Notes under the pieces: generated by a model
What the model was told of the DNA's origin: nothing
Databases searched by the model: none
What the model saw: the letters and a program-made list of their open reading frames with translations, nothing else
Position numbers and translations under genes: made by a program
In this document: positions 1-12,840 of the stretch, piece after piece
Numbering within the stretch: the stretch's first letter is position 1
Layout: every line of letters starts with the position of its first letter
NCBI GenBank assembly: GCA_963575745.1
Contig: CAUYUJ010000277.1
Coordinates: 1 to 64,000 of the forward strand
Direction: 5' to 3'
Source of the DNA: Prorocentrum cordatum
Lineage: Eukaryota
DNA: 64,000 nucleotides

Positions 1-179
1 TGCACGATCGCCCCCCCGACCTGGGAGCGAGGATCATCATCCTACTACTCACTCAAACTTCTTTCGCTGGGCGGTAGCCGCAGGGTCGCGCCCCCGCCCC
101 CACCGGTCCCACTACGGCACCACAGGGCGAAGGGGGGGGGGGTCCTGCGCGCAGAAGCCTCTGTGTAAAGATGCTGCCG

Positions 180-406
180 GCGGCGACGGCGTTGACGAAG
201 ACGAAAACGACCGACGACCAACGACCGACGACGACGAAGACGACGACGAGGACGACGACCGATGACCGACGACCGACGACCGACGACCAACGCCCGACAA
301 CTGACGACCAACGACCGACGACGACAACGACGACGACGGCGACGACGACGACGACCAACGACGACGACGACGACGACGACGACCACGACGACGACAACGT
401 CGACGA

Positions 407-468
<62 letters not shown>

Positions 469-575
469 GCGACGGCGATGGCAACGGTGACGGCGATGGC
501 GACGGCGACGGACGCGACGTAGGCGGCGACGAAGGGCGGCGACGACGGCGGCGACGACGGCGGCGACGGCAACGG
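180..575. repeat. Degenerate (GAC)n/(GGC)n microsatellite
   Basis: Long gacgacgac run that produces poly-D/T/R pseudo-ORFs. Confidence 0.95.
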
Positions 576-586
576 CGGCAAGGTTC

Positions 587-641
587 CTGCGTGTTATAAT
601 CCCATATGAAGATGTTGCCGGAGTAGAGGGCCGACAGAGTC
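587..641 (-). CDS. COPB2: Coatomer subunit beta', second coding exon; the gene continues beyond the left edge of the window
   Basis: AG|G acceptor (AG at 643-642). Encodes (W)TLSALYSGNIFIWDYNTQ, the direct continuation of HPTEPW in beta'-COP. 86+55 nt = 47 codons in frame. Donor CAG|GA. Confidence 0.85.
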
Positions 642-1629
642 CTCCCAGGGGTCCGAGGGTTGGGGGCCGAGACTCGCGAAAGCTCCTCGCCATGCTCAGC
701 CTCGGAAGAGGCCCGGCCCCGACCCATAGAGGACCCCGAAAACTGCCGCCAGACGCCGAAATCCAGTCGGAACTAGGACAGGAGAACATCCTTCACGAAC
801 ATGAGACCCTCCGCTGGCCAGAACACATAGAGCATCCAAGGGTACCCTCCCCAGGATGCACAAGAACGTCCAACGAACACGAAGAACATCAGGGTGTCCT
901 CCCCGATTCGACCTCGACCTTCCACCCTGGCCCGACAGCAGAGGGAAGACGCAGGGACTGAAAACAAAAAAACAATCCGCGGACCAGCTGGGTTCAGGTC
1001 CGGGCTCCGCGGGGGGGGGGGGGGGAGGACGGAACAACAAAGCAAAATGCAAAACATTCAAAAGAATGCCCCGCCTCGGGGCCCGAGGATCCTCGCCGAC
1101 CAACGCCGACCCGAGGAGTCCCGCCGAGAAACGGTCACCCCTCCCCGACAGCTCGTCTGGGCACCGCTTCCCGGTGGGCTGGTACGGATCCTCACCGCTC
1201 GGAAGAGGTGGGTAGAACATGAAGTAGGAATGCATGGCTTTCGCCCGCCCCCTGAAGAGGAGGAAAGAGGGAAAGCCGCTCGACTCTTAAAATTGTACTG
1301 CCCCGAACGTAACCTGGAACCAAGGGTCCCGAAACACCTACTTTCAACGAACGCTGGGTACAGGAAGCGTCGGGACATATTGGCACGGCATTGAGCTGCT
1401 CCTCCTCACGGCGTCGAAAGTCAGGGCACGGCGGACCGTGGCGGGAAGCTGCTCGCCCTCGGCGAGGGGGGCTGACACCTGTCGGCGCTCAAAAAAGAAT
1501 ATTGCTCTTCTCTCTCCCCTGACTCAGCGCGGACGATACTCGGCCCTCTCCGCGAGCTGTTTTATACGCAGGATTGCAAAAGTAAAGTTGTCGTCTGTAT
1601 GTTTACCATCCGATTGTTGCCGATTCTTC

Positions 1630-1824
1630 AAAAATGGTGTTCCCGCTGAAGCGTGGGCCTCATTTTCGGATCGGCGCCTTGCTCCCGTCGTGCAGAATGG
1701 CGCTCTCGCCCAAGCGTAGGCCACTTTTCTGAACCCGAGTCTTTCTTCATCGTTGTCGCCCCCTCCTTTCTCCTCCGCCTCCTTCCCCTGGTCCTCCTGT
1801 TCCTCCCGCTCCTTTCACTCCGGT

Positions 1825-1876
<52 letters not shown>

Positions 1877-3712
1877 CGGCCTCCTCCTCCTTTTCCTCCC
1901 GCTCATCCTCCTGCTCACCCGCCACCTCCCTCATGCCCACGCAGCTCACCTTTTCCGATTGCGCATGACACGATGGGTCTTTTTGGGGGGAGTCGCAGGT
2001 CGGCTATGACACGCGTCCGCGGATAGAGAAAACAAAGAACAAAAAAAAGCGCAATGGGAATGGATGGGAGGGAGGGATAAGATGTCAGATGAGGCGCGAG
2101 CGAACCTGGCTTGCCTATCCCCTCTCTCTCCCCATCTCCTCCCCCCTCGCTGAGGCTCGGCGCGGCGTCGCGCCGGGGCCCGCGCAGCCCCGACGTCTGA
2201 CGACGGGAGGAAAGAGGAGACCCAAACCTCCTCCTCCTCCTCCTCCTCATCCTCCTCCTCCTCCTCCTCCTCCTCCTCCTCCTCCTCCTCCTCCTCCTCC
2301 TCCTCCTCTAACGACGGGAGAAAGATAAGACCCAGCGCCGTCAGACCCAAACGTCCCACGCCGTGGTCTTTGCACAGCGTGGCCCCCCCGAGGTCTGGGG
2401 CCCCTCGTGGGGCCTGGCTCCTCGTCCCGAGCCGTTTCCCGAGGGCCAGGCTTGAGGCCACCGCAAGAGGCCGCAGACTGCCCCAGACCGTCCGCCGTGA
2501 GCTTTTCTCCATGGCGCAAGCGGGTCCGGGAAGGTCACGACCAGAGCGCGTGGCGCTTTCTCTCTGCGGGCTCCCAGAGCTCCTGAAGCTCCCGGAGCTC
2601 CTGGCCCTGTCTGCCTTATGTTTTATCTGCCACGCAGATGCATTTTGGAGCTAGGAGAGCTGTGCACATTGGAAGAGGAAGACGACGCCGATGACGACGA
2701 AGACGAGGACGAAGAAGAGGAGGAGATGGATGGCGGATGAGCAAGAGTATGAGCAGGAGGAAGCGGATGAGGATAAGGAAGAGGAAGAGGAGGACCAGCA
2801 GCAGCAGGAGCAGGAGTGGGAGGAGCGGGAGAAGGCGGAGGCGGGGAAAGGAACGGGACGACAACGACGGTGAAGGGCTCAGATTCAGAATTGAGGTCCG
2901 CGCTGGGGCGGAAGCGCAATTGTGAACGATAGGAGCAAAGCGTCGATCCTAAAATGAAGCCAGCGCTGCAGGGGGGAGCATCTTTGCGGAACACTGGACA
3001 TGCTCCGATTGGAGATCCCATCGTAAAGGCCGCCTTTTCAAATCTCAGACGCTACAGAGAACTGTGCGGGAGGAAAGGCGCCCCGCTCGGACAGGATCGG
3101 GGGAGAGAGGAGAGTAGTGCTCAAATCAAGCCAGGTGCGCTCGCGCCACATCTGACATCTGGCCCCTCCCTCCCATCCCCTCCCATTGCGCGGTTTTCTC
3201 TCTCCGCGGACACGTGTCATAGCCGAACTGGAACTCCAAAAAGGACCCTATTATGTTATTCGCAGTCGAAAAAGAGAAACTTGTGGGACCAGTGCGACCT
3301 GGGGGACCTCTGTGGCCTGTGGGGCCTGTGAGACCTGCGACACCTGTGGGACCCGTGAACCTGCGGGACCCGTGGGACCTGTGGGACCTATGGGACCTGC
3401 AGGAACTGAGGGACCTGTGAGAGCTGCGACACCTGTGATGTACGATGTGTGGGGCATGCGAGACCTGCGACGCTTGTGGGACCTGTGGAACCTGTGGAAC
3501 CTGTCAGACTGGATGTACCTGTGGGACCTGCGGGGCGACCTGCGACACTTGTGAGTCGGGTGGGACCCGTGGGGCCTGCGAGACCTGCGAGCCCTGTGAG
3601 CCCTGTGGGATCCAGAAAAGTGACCAAAGCTGGGGCGGACCGCCATTGAACGACAGGGACAGCGCCGATCCGAAAATCAGGCCCTCCCTGCAGCGAGAGC
3701 ACCATGTTGAAA
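1630..3712. mobile_element. Foldback-like element with two pairs of nested inverted arms
   Basis: 1630-1736 is a diverged reverse complement of 3607-3712, and 1950-2113 of 3127-3274. The arms are separated by different micro/minisatellites. Confidence 0.65.
3281..3610 (+). repeat. 9-bp minisatellite (GGGACCTGT-like)
   Basis: Degenerate gggacctgt/gagacctgc units. Confidence 0.85.
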
Positions 3713-3983
3713 AACTGCCAACGTTCGGATCGAATGAAAAATCCGCCAGCCCCCTTGTGGGGCCACCAGGCTGTAGGCCTAAGCTTCGCAGTTTCCTGTA
3801 CCAGTTGCAGCTTCCAGTTTCCACTGTTACAGTTCTGCTTCTTGCTGCTTAATGTTCCTTGTTGACTTCTTGCTGCTTACTGTTCCTTGTTGATGGACCG
3901 CGCGAGTGGGGGGAGGACCAAAACGGGCATTTCTACTACAAAGAAATCGTATGGTCTGAATTGCTGGGGTGGGTAAAAAGTAA

Positions 3984-5120
3984 CACCCCTCACGCAGATC
4001 GGCGGGGTCAGGGTCTAAAAACACAAGGGATTTGCCACATTTCTGAAATGCGGTGGCACCCCTCACGCAGATCGGCAGGATCAGGGTCCAAAAACACAAA
4101 GGATTTGCAACATTGCTGACATTCGCTGTCACCCCTCACGCAGATCGGCAGGGTCAGGGGCCAAAAACACAAAGGATTTGCCACATCTCTGACATTCGCT
4201 GCCACCCCTCACGCAGATCGGCGGGGTCAGGGTCCAAAAACACAAAGGATTTGCCACGTCTCTAACATTCGGTGGCACTCCTCACGCAGATCGGCAGGGT
4301 CAGGGTCCAAAAACAAACGAGATTTGCTACATTTCTGAAATTCGGTGGCACCCCTCACGCAGATCGGCAGGGTCAGGGTCCAAAAACAGACGAGATTTGC
4401 TACATTTCTGAAATTCGGTGGCACCCCTCACGCAGATCGGCGGGGTCAGGGTCCAAAAACGCATGGGATTTGCAGCATTTCTGACATTCGCTGTCACCCC
4501 TCACGCAGATCGGCAGGGACAGGAGCCAAAAACACAAAGGATTTGCCACATCTCTGACATTCGCTGCCACCCCTCACGCAGATCGGCGGGGTCAGCCCAA
4601 AAACAGACGAGATTTGCTACATTTCTGAAATTCGGTGGCACCCCTCACGCAGATCGGCGGGGTCAGGGTCTAAAAACACAAGGGATTTGCCACATTTTCC
4701 AAATTCGCTTGCACCCCTCACGCAGATCGGCGGGGTCAGGGTCCAAAAACACAAAGGATTTGCAACATTGCTGACATTTGCTGTCACCCCTCACGCAGAT
4801 CGGCGAGGTCAGGGTGCAAAAACACAAAGGATTTGCCACATCTCTGACATTCGGTGGCACTCCTCACGCAGATCGGCAGGGTCAGGGTCCAAAAACAAAC
4901 GAGATTTGCTACATTTCTGAAATTCGGTGGCACCCCTCACGCAGATCGGCAGGGTCAGGGTCCAAAAACACACGGGGTTTGCCACATTTCTGAAATTCGG
5001 CGGCACCCCACACGCAGATCATTAAGGTCAGGGTCCACAAAAACATGAGATTTGACACATTTCTCAAATTCGGCGGCACCCCTCACGCAGATCCGTAGGG
5101 TCAGGGTCGAAAAACAAACA
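3984..5120 (+). repeat. 73-bp tandem repeat array, about 15.5 copies
   Basis: CACCCCTCACGCAGATCGGC recurs at 3984, 4057, 4130 and onward with a 73-bp period. The remainder of each unit is also homologous. Confidence 0.95.
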
Positions 5121-7399
5121 GGTCCCGACACTGCTTCACGGCGGCGCCCAGACCTCATGATTTAGCTGTTGCATCTCCCATTATCCGAGACAGGGGGCCG
5201 GCGGCATGGGGCGAAGCCCTTACGGATAAAAATGAGAAGCCAGATCGCGCAATTCCAAAGAGAGAGAGAGAGAGAGATAGATAGTTTTAAGAATATGAAT
5301 AGTCATCAAGAAATATAGAATCGAGAGAAAAAAGAAAACAAAAAAGGGAAGCACTGGGGGGGGGGCGAACTCTCTCAGCACAGACTCGGGGGAGAGAGCA
5401 GAGTAGTATTCATAGTGATAATTTTGCATATTTGAACAAGATGAGTACGAAAAGATAACAGGGCCAAACTAATCAGGTGACAAGCGAGTTCGCGCCGCGT
5501 CTGACGTTCCGCGTCCTCTCCAATTGCGCAAATTCTTTGCATGCTCACGGAGGCGTGTGTCGACCCGTCGCTTACTGTGTACAAGAGGCCAGGGGGCGGA
5601 GGGTATCATGCTGTGCCGAGGAGCTCGGGCGACATCTTGTGAGAAAGCGACGTGCACCCTCACACCAAAGCCAACGCCTCGAAACAGGTATGACGTAAAG
5701 CACAAGGGGGACGGCAGGAGGAAGGAAGGAGCGCGAGATTGCCAAGGAGGAGGGAAGAACAGGACAGTTACAGAAGGGAGGCAAAGGGAACGGAGGGGGA
5801 GAAGAAGACATGGGAGGAGAAGGAATGGGAGAAGACAAGTTGAGAAAAGGCAGAGGAACGGAGGCGACAGGGCATGGGAGAGGGAGAAGGACGATGATGG
5901 AAGTAGATAAGGGTGTGGGGCAGAAAGAGGAAGAGGAGGAGGAGGAGGAAGAGGAGGAGGAGAACGACGGGGCGGGGGGAGGAAGGGAGGGAGGGAGGAG
6001 AAGGAGAAGAAGGAGGAGGAGGAGGAGGAAGAAGAAGAGAAGGCGGCCGTTTTGCAAGTGAGGAAAGCCCCCACGCGACGCGCAGGCCAAGGGCCTTCGC
6101 GGCATTCTGCGCAAAACGCGACCTGGGTCGACCGAATCTGCACGCTGGCGGGGGCGCCCGCCGGCCAGCGCCCGCCGGCGCACGCTCACGCCGAGTTCTT
6201 CGATGATCGTGGGGACCCCCAAGAGTCGGCCGAGTCGGCCCTCCGCATGAAGAGGGTCCCGGAGGAATGGGGCCAAAGAGTCCTGTTCGCCACCCTCGAC
6301 CCTGCGGGGCCCGAGCGGGACAGGGCGAGAGCGGCGGCACATGCGTCGACGCAGCTGCTGGGGCGCGCGCGGGACACGAGGGCATCGCCCGAGTGGGCGA
6401 GCGCGCGCAGCAAATGTGGGCACGCCGAGCAAGGCGAATTCTCAGGGGCGGCGCCCATGGCGTCATGTTCGCCGCCCTCGGGCCCCCGGGGCCCTCCGCT
6501 GGCCCAAGGGCAGCCAGCAAAACTGCGCACCTGGAACGAAGAGCCGATGCTGGTGAAAGCCCCCCGGGGTCTGGGGCCGCTCCCTTCGGGACCCCTCTCC
6601 TTAAAGGCGGTTCCACCTCGCCTCGCCGAGCGCATCGCGCTGGAGGGGTGCTGTGCATTCGGAGTGGCCCCTGGGAGCGGTGCACCGACCCTCCGGGCAT
6701 GCTGCAGGACTCGGGGTAGACAGGAGGACGCCATCGGGAGAGAAGGGCGGGCGGTGCTCACGATGAGCAATTTCGCTCATCATCTCGCTGATGGCACCCC
6801 ACGGTGCGCCGCCGCTGGCATCTCTCGGGGAGCCCGCTTTCATTTCTTTTTCTACCACGCTAAAACCTTTAAAAAAAATCGAACGGGTGTCTTACGACGG
6901 GCCCAACAAAAAAAAACACCGACAAAACGGCGCTGCACGGGAGACTGAAGGGAGCACGGTAGCAAGGGAAAGGAAACGAACGCCATGCCAGAGTCATACC
7001 CACATGATCCTACACTGGAGACCCTCCCCTGCAGAATGGCAGTACGGAAGCAGCCACCTCAAGACCCTGTAGTCCTGCGGTGGGCCCTCCTCCCAGAAAA
7101 AGCTAATCCGAACTATCTCGAGCCCATTCTAAAAGAGCCCATAGGAACTCCCGACGTGAAATCAGCCAGCCAGCCCAGACGATGAGCTGGCTTCTGACGG
7201 ATTCTGCGAAGGGGCGTCGGGGGGCCCGACTACTGTCGGCAACCTCACTCACTTCTTGGCACGCTTCAGTTTTCTGCCGCCCACCCCCTGAAAGAATGTC
7301 CTCGAGCTTTCGTGGTCTTAGACCTCTGGGTCGCAGATTTAGAACACCCCTTCTGGGTATTACGTAGCTGCGAATATACACATGGCCACCTCCGCGGGC

Positions 7400-10380
7400 C
7401 CCTCGCCCGTCTCTGCCATCGCCACGACGTCGAAGCAACGGGCCGCCTTGACCTTCACCCCTGCGTCGCTTGCGCCCTTGCCGAACTCCACCATCGCCCT
7501 CGGCGTCTCCACGGCCTTTGCGGGGCTAGGCCCCTAGGCGATGGCCAGCCCCACGCCCGTCAGCCCCCCCACCCCCGCCACCTCGCGCACCCCCAACACC
7601 GACGCGCGGAGGCAAGCGTCGGGGTTCTTTCCAAGAAGATTGCTGCGGCACTCGCCCGTCTCCTCCTTGTCGCGGCAGCCCCCACCGTCCCCCGGCAGCG
7701 CTTGGCGCGCGCCACCAGCGCCAGATGCATCCAGGGGCCGATCTCGAGCTCCAGACGAGCGCGTTCCACTGCTCGCAAAGCAACAACTCGCAAGTGGCCT
7801 GGATCCCCCGCAGGAGATCCACGATACATCACACCGAAGAGCAAGCAGGTGTTTGTTTTGTTCTGACGTTTCTGAATAAGATATTTGCGAGTAGTGGAAC
7901 GCGCGCGGCGAAGCCCGGCCACAACGTTGTCGCCCTTAGCCGAGCTGCGGACGCTATCTTCGCGATGGATATTGCCCTTCTTCGCGATGCCCTTCGGTTC
8001 CTCGCCCTCCTCGCCCCTGCCCTGGGCCCCCGCGTCGGCGCCCGTCGCACCCCGCCTCGCGGCCGGCTCCGCCGCCGGCGCGAACATGGTCGACGGGCAC
8101 CTGCGGCGGCACCGGGGGATTTGGCGGCGGCGAAAGATCAGCCCCTCCCCGCTCTGACCCTCGAGCCCGGATGGACCCTGGGCCCCGCGCCAGCCCCCGG
8201 CAGACCAAGAGGGGGCGGGCGCCCCCCTGCAAGATCCGACGCAGCAGGGCGCCCTTGCGAGGGAAGGTCGTCGAGCAATAAGGGCATCTCTCGGCGCTGA
8301 GATCGCCCTCTGGAACGTTGACCCGCTCGGCGGCGATGGACCGCGCAGCGCATCGATGTTTCTCGAGACACGCCCCCCGACACATTTTTCCTCATTCTGG
8401 GCCATGGTGCCGACCGATTACACTCAACGATCTATCTGGCTTCTCGCGCCAGGTCGCGCCCTGCTTCGCCCGGGAGCATTTTCCTGCAAGTCTGCGTCGG
8501 AGAGGAAAAAAAACAGATATGCAATGCCCAGGAAGAAATCGACGACTCGCTCGGCGCCGCCACCCAGCCCACCGCAGCGAGGGGAGGCCACGGCACGCGC
8601 ATGTGCCCCAGCAACTGCCTCAAACGCCCGTTCGTCGTTCTGCAATTCGGATCCTCAAACCAAAGCTGTCCGAAAATCAACCACGCGACTGCCTCCGACG
8701 GGCCACGTCGGGAGGCATGGGGCAGCAGTCCAGGGACAAGGCAGATGCTTCGGCCATTTCGAACGGCGATGCAGCGACGGCCAATTGACACCGAAGACTT
8801 TAGCTCGACGGCGTATTCCAGCATTGGGGGTGTGGCGCTAGTGGGATGAGGACTTGAGGGCGCGTCTCAGTTTACGCATCTGTCATCGTTCCGACTTGTC
8901 CATCCATCTCCGCCCTCGCCACAGAACCGGCGCCCTCGAGCGCGCGCGGGGCTGTCGGCCTCACCAGAGAACACTGACAAGGGTGCTGACGTTGCCTGTC
9001 AAGACCCTGGGGGAATCACCCGCGGGCCTGACTGGCGCCTAGAAGTCCGGTCTAGACCTCTGTCGAATACGCGCCTGTAGCCCAGAGCGCGCCGCCGGGG
9101 TACTTCACGTCGGCGCAGGGCGCATTGCTCGGGGCCGCCTGTTTGTCTGTCCCAGGTTACCACCAGCTGGCTTGGACGACATCTGATCCCGAACCTTTCG
9201 GCACCCCTGGCCCAGAAAAATCAACATAATATCGTTGTTGTTAAGGACATCCACCGTAAAACCACCGGCGAAAAATCACCCCGCAAGGACTCTAGGAAAG
9301 AAGCGGCGTCTCCAGAACATCAACAAAAGTCAAGCGATGAAACAATCACCGAACTCGACCTGGGACGCATCTACGTCATGCTGCGTGACCTCCGAAAACT
9401 CCCCCGAGACCCTGAAAATTCTGGACACGGGATCAAGCTTCATCTGGATGCCCGAGAAAATGTCCACCGCAGCCTTAGCAACGATGTCCTTAATGAGACG
9501 GTCGTAGATAGCTATAGGTAGACTTGGTCCTTCCACGCCCCCATGCCTCACCCCTTCCTGCTGAGCAGTTGTCTCCAGGGCCCGTCAAAGCAAACATCAC
9601 GTTGTATGTAACAGGCGCGATTTGGACAAGTCTTCTACAGCACCACGGGTTCTTCGCGAAATGGTCAACTCATCGATCCAGGACGGCCCACACCTGACTG
9701 CGAGCCAAAGACCGAACGCCCTCTCCAAACCGATCAACGCTGCAGCGAGGATCTTACTATCCATTTCGGTGCGACTCGGGTCATCTCTGAGACGCCTGCC
9801 GATCTCGAACCAGCGCGATAACATCACGACAAGTTAGTCACCATTGGAAGGCCCCGAGTTGGGTCGTTGAAACCTGGCCCGCCGACGACCTGAGCTCGGG
9901 CACGATGACAGCATCCGAGACCACGTTTCCGATGTGACCGATGAGGCTCTTCGTACTCTAGCAGTCTTTATCATTATGCCCGCCCCTTTCGGCTTTATCA
10001 AGGACACTGTTTCCCCATGTTTGAAACGCTGGCGCGCTTGAAGTTGAGGGGCTCGTCAATGGCTCACACGATGTCGTCTACCTCGCAGTTCCCAAGAAGC
10101 TCCTCATCGGGGCCCTCTGGTTTAATTCGGGGCATGCCATTCTCATGCATCGGTACTTCAGTAGTCTCGAAGATTGTACACTAGGCGTCCGTTCTGACCA
10201 GCGCGTCCTCAACGTCAACGAAACACAAGGCATCTGTCACTAAGATATGGACCGTGAGCATGGGCATACGCGTTTGAGAGGTCAGCGCGTTCGCTATGGA
10301 ATAACAGCGGCGGGTATAATCCACGGCATACGCTCGTTTTGCGGCTGCTACTAAAGCAACCGTCATCAACTCTTACTGCT
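7400..10380 (-). mobile_element. Non-LTR retrotransposon copy 3: 5'-truncated and heavily decayed (RT, C2H2 fingers, downstream ORF)
   Basis: Fragments collinear with copy 1: YTRRCYSIA..TVHILVTDALCF, FKHGETVSLIKPKG, LIGLERAFG, RHGGVEGPSL..IYD..EFGD, LIFGQLWFE, CPYCSTTFPRKGALLR, then MFAPAAE..REDSVR..DNVV..GSPAG. Confidence 0.8.
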
Positions 10381-10909
10381 GTCTTGCCTTGCTTGGCTGC
10401 GCGCTTCAATCCGACGCCTTTGTTTCCGCTGGCTCCAGCCAGCGGAGCCACCCCTGTTCTTTTTCCACGCACATTTTTTCCGTCGGCGGCTGGGCAGAAG
10501 GCGACTGCCTTGGCGGATAGGCAACAGGGGACACGCAGTATGCAAATTAAGGCCGCAACGCACGGAAGGAGGAGGAGGAGCCCCGGCGCGACGGGAAAAG
10601 AGGAAGCCGCCAATTTTTACACCCAGACACACAAGCCACCGCCCCTTATCGTCCACAGCTCTGAAAGCCTAGTGTTGGGCTAGTAACATACCGAAGCCTA
10701 CACACGAACGCGAAAACATCGGCGCAATCGAATCTAATCGATCGGAGCCCTCGAATGCACAAGGCCGGGACCGACTCCCAGGACACTGACCCCAGGAAGA
10801 GCGCCCAGATCCCAACCTCGCGCACCCCATCCTCTTGGGGGGCGGCACTGCAATGGCAGGCCCCCCGAGCCCGTCTAGGCCCAGGAGGGCCAACGGCCAC
10901 ACGAGGAGC

Positions 10910-12230
10910 CCACAAAAAAAAACGCAACAACGCAACAACCGCTAAGTGCCACCCCCACTAGGTGAAAAAAACGATTGGCTCAACTGTGTTTGATTCGAAC
11001 TACTGGACCCCGCGAGCCCCCTCACTTCTTCTGACGTTTGGAGCCCTTGCATCTGGCCTTGGCCTGTTTTCTCGCCTTGAACGAGATCCTTTCCACCGTT
11101 TCCGCCGCTTTGCTCCTGGGCGCCGCGTCGCGCTCGAGCGAGAGGCCGGCTGCGAGGGCGCCCCCGTTGTCCCTCAACTGCATGAAGACTTGATGAAATT
11201 TGGGGTGGTGGCACACTGCGAAGGTCAATTGCTTGACCTCGTTGACCGCGTTCTCCGTCGCCGTGATCATGAAACTCCTGAACCCTGGTGATCCCCCCCC
11301 GCGATGCGCTTCACTGCCTCCATCGTGGCCTCTGGATCGGGCCCCTGCTGGATGGCCGCCGCTACCTCGGCCTCGTTGGCGAGGAGGGCTTCCGTCACGC
11401 GAATAGCACCATCTTCATCTGCGCGTCTGGGCGCTTGCCCCATGGGTGGCCTTTGAAGTCGCCCTTTTCCCGCTCCTGCTTGCCCATCTCGTTGTACTCG
11501 TCGGCGCCCTCCTCCAGCGCCAGCTGGATCTTGGCGTCGGCGCGCAGGGTGAGCACCACGTTCACGTCGCGGTTCTGGTTGCGAAGATTGTCCCCGTGCT
11601 GCAGCACCAGCGAGCTGATCGCTCACGTCAGCTGACGGTGTTCCCCTACCTCGGCCGCCTCATCGGCCCCTGCCACGGGCCTGCCCTCCTTCTCGGGGCG
11701 GCGCTCCTCGACCGAAACCTCCGCCATCGCCGCGAGCATCACTCCAGCGGGGCGAGCTCCGTACCGCAAGATGCCTAACTGCAGCGGACGGCTGTGCGCA
11801 AAGCTCCCGCTGCTCAATTCCTGGCGGGCTCGTAGTAGCTGAGTCGAGCGAGGGGGCAGAATGGTCTTCTCGAGCCACTGAAGCCTGAAGCTTTGCACTG
11901 ATGTGGCGCTGCAAGGAATCTTTTCTGGCGAAGACCTGTTGGCAGTACGGGCACGTCTTGTTTTCCAAGTTGTTCAGGGGAAGGTCGAGGCGATTGGCCA
12001 CGATTCCATGGGCTTGAAGTCGGTGACTGTTGAGGCCCTTCGGGCCCCTGCACACGTGACCGCATTCGGGACACTGGAGCATCACAAGCTGCAACCCGTC
12101 GGTGCGCTTCCCACCAGCGGGCGCGGGGTCGTTCGTAGCGTGAGATGGCAAAACCAGTTCAAGATCAGCCAGGGACAAGTCACAGAACCATCGAAGCCAT
12201 GGTTTAGATACTTCTGGTTCGGGTCCAGGG
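10910..12230 (-). mobile_element. Non-LTR retrotransposon copy 2: 3' fragment (C2H2 fingers plus disrupted downstream ORF)
   Basis: KPWLRWF..CPECGHVCRGPKGLNSHRLQAH..CPYCQQVFARKDSLQRH is homologous to copy 1. It is followed by MLAAMAEV..GHPWGKRPDA..FAVCHHPKF..LRDNGGALAAG..RSKAAETVE (stop at 11022). Confidence 0.85.
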
Positions 12231-12301
12231 CCGCCGTCACGAATACTGTTAACCTTCTTATGTTTTATATATATATATATAACAACAACAACAACACACA
12301 C

Positions 12302-12326
12302 AAAAAAAAAAAAAAAAAAAAAAAAA

Positions 12327-12396
<70 letters not shown>
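12302..12396 (+). repeat. ~95-nt poly(A) tract, preceded by (TA)n/(AAC)n; poly(T) on the LINE sense strand
   Basis: Directly visible in the sequence. Confidence 0.95.
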
Positions 12397-12397
<1 letters not shown>

Positions 12398-12840
12398 GCG
12401 ACCCCATTCCCAAGGAAGTTTTGCGAGGGCAGTCTGGAAGAAATCCACCGCAAGAAACGCGGCGCCACCGATAAGATCGGAGGAGCCCTGAGACACAAAA
12501 CCGACGGAAACGCGTGGGCGGTGGCCGCTGGGCCGTTGCCCCGCGCCTCACGCTCCCCTGCCTCTGCAGGGGAGGCACAGTGAAGGCGGCTCCCCCCTCC
12601 CTCTGGTGGAGAGAGGCGCACCCCCACAGAAGCGAGGCCCCAAAACTGGCCACAGGAATCCAGGCTCGAAGGAAGTTTACTGAGCGGGACCCCTGGGCTG
12701 CAACCTGAAAAAGCTCGTGAGAGCTCTCTGACCAACCGAGGGGCGAGAGAGGGGACGAGACGTCACCGTCGTCGGAGGAGGACGAGGGGAGAGAGCAAGG
12801 CAGGGTTCCCGAGCCTCGACTGGCCTGGCTGCTCCTGTTC

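Noticed and set aside
3186..3649. Collagen-like (GPV)n and Cys-rich metallothionein-like ORFs
   Set aside because: These are translations of a 9-bp minisatellite.
3984..5120. CRISPR-like appearance of the 73-bp array
   Set aside because: The 'spacers' are homologous to each other, there are no cas genes, and the context is eukaryotic. It is a tandem satellite.
6052..6948. 298-aa ORF and overlapping ORFs
   Set aside because: No recognisable motif. GC-rich DNA leaves many frames open.
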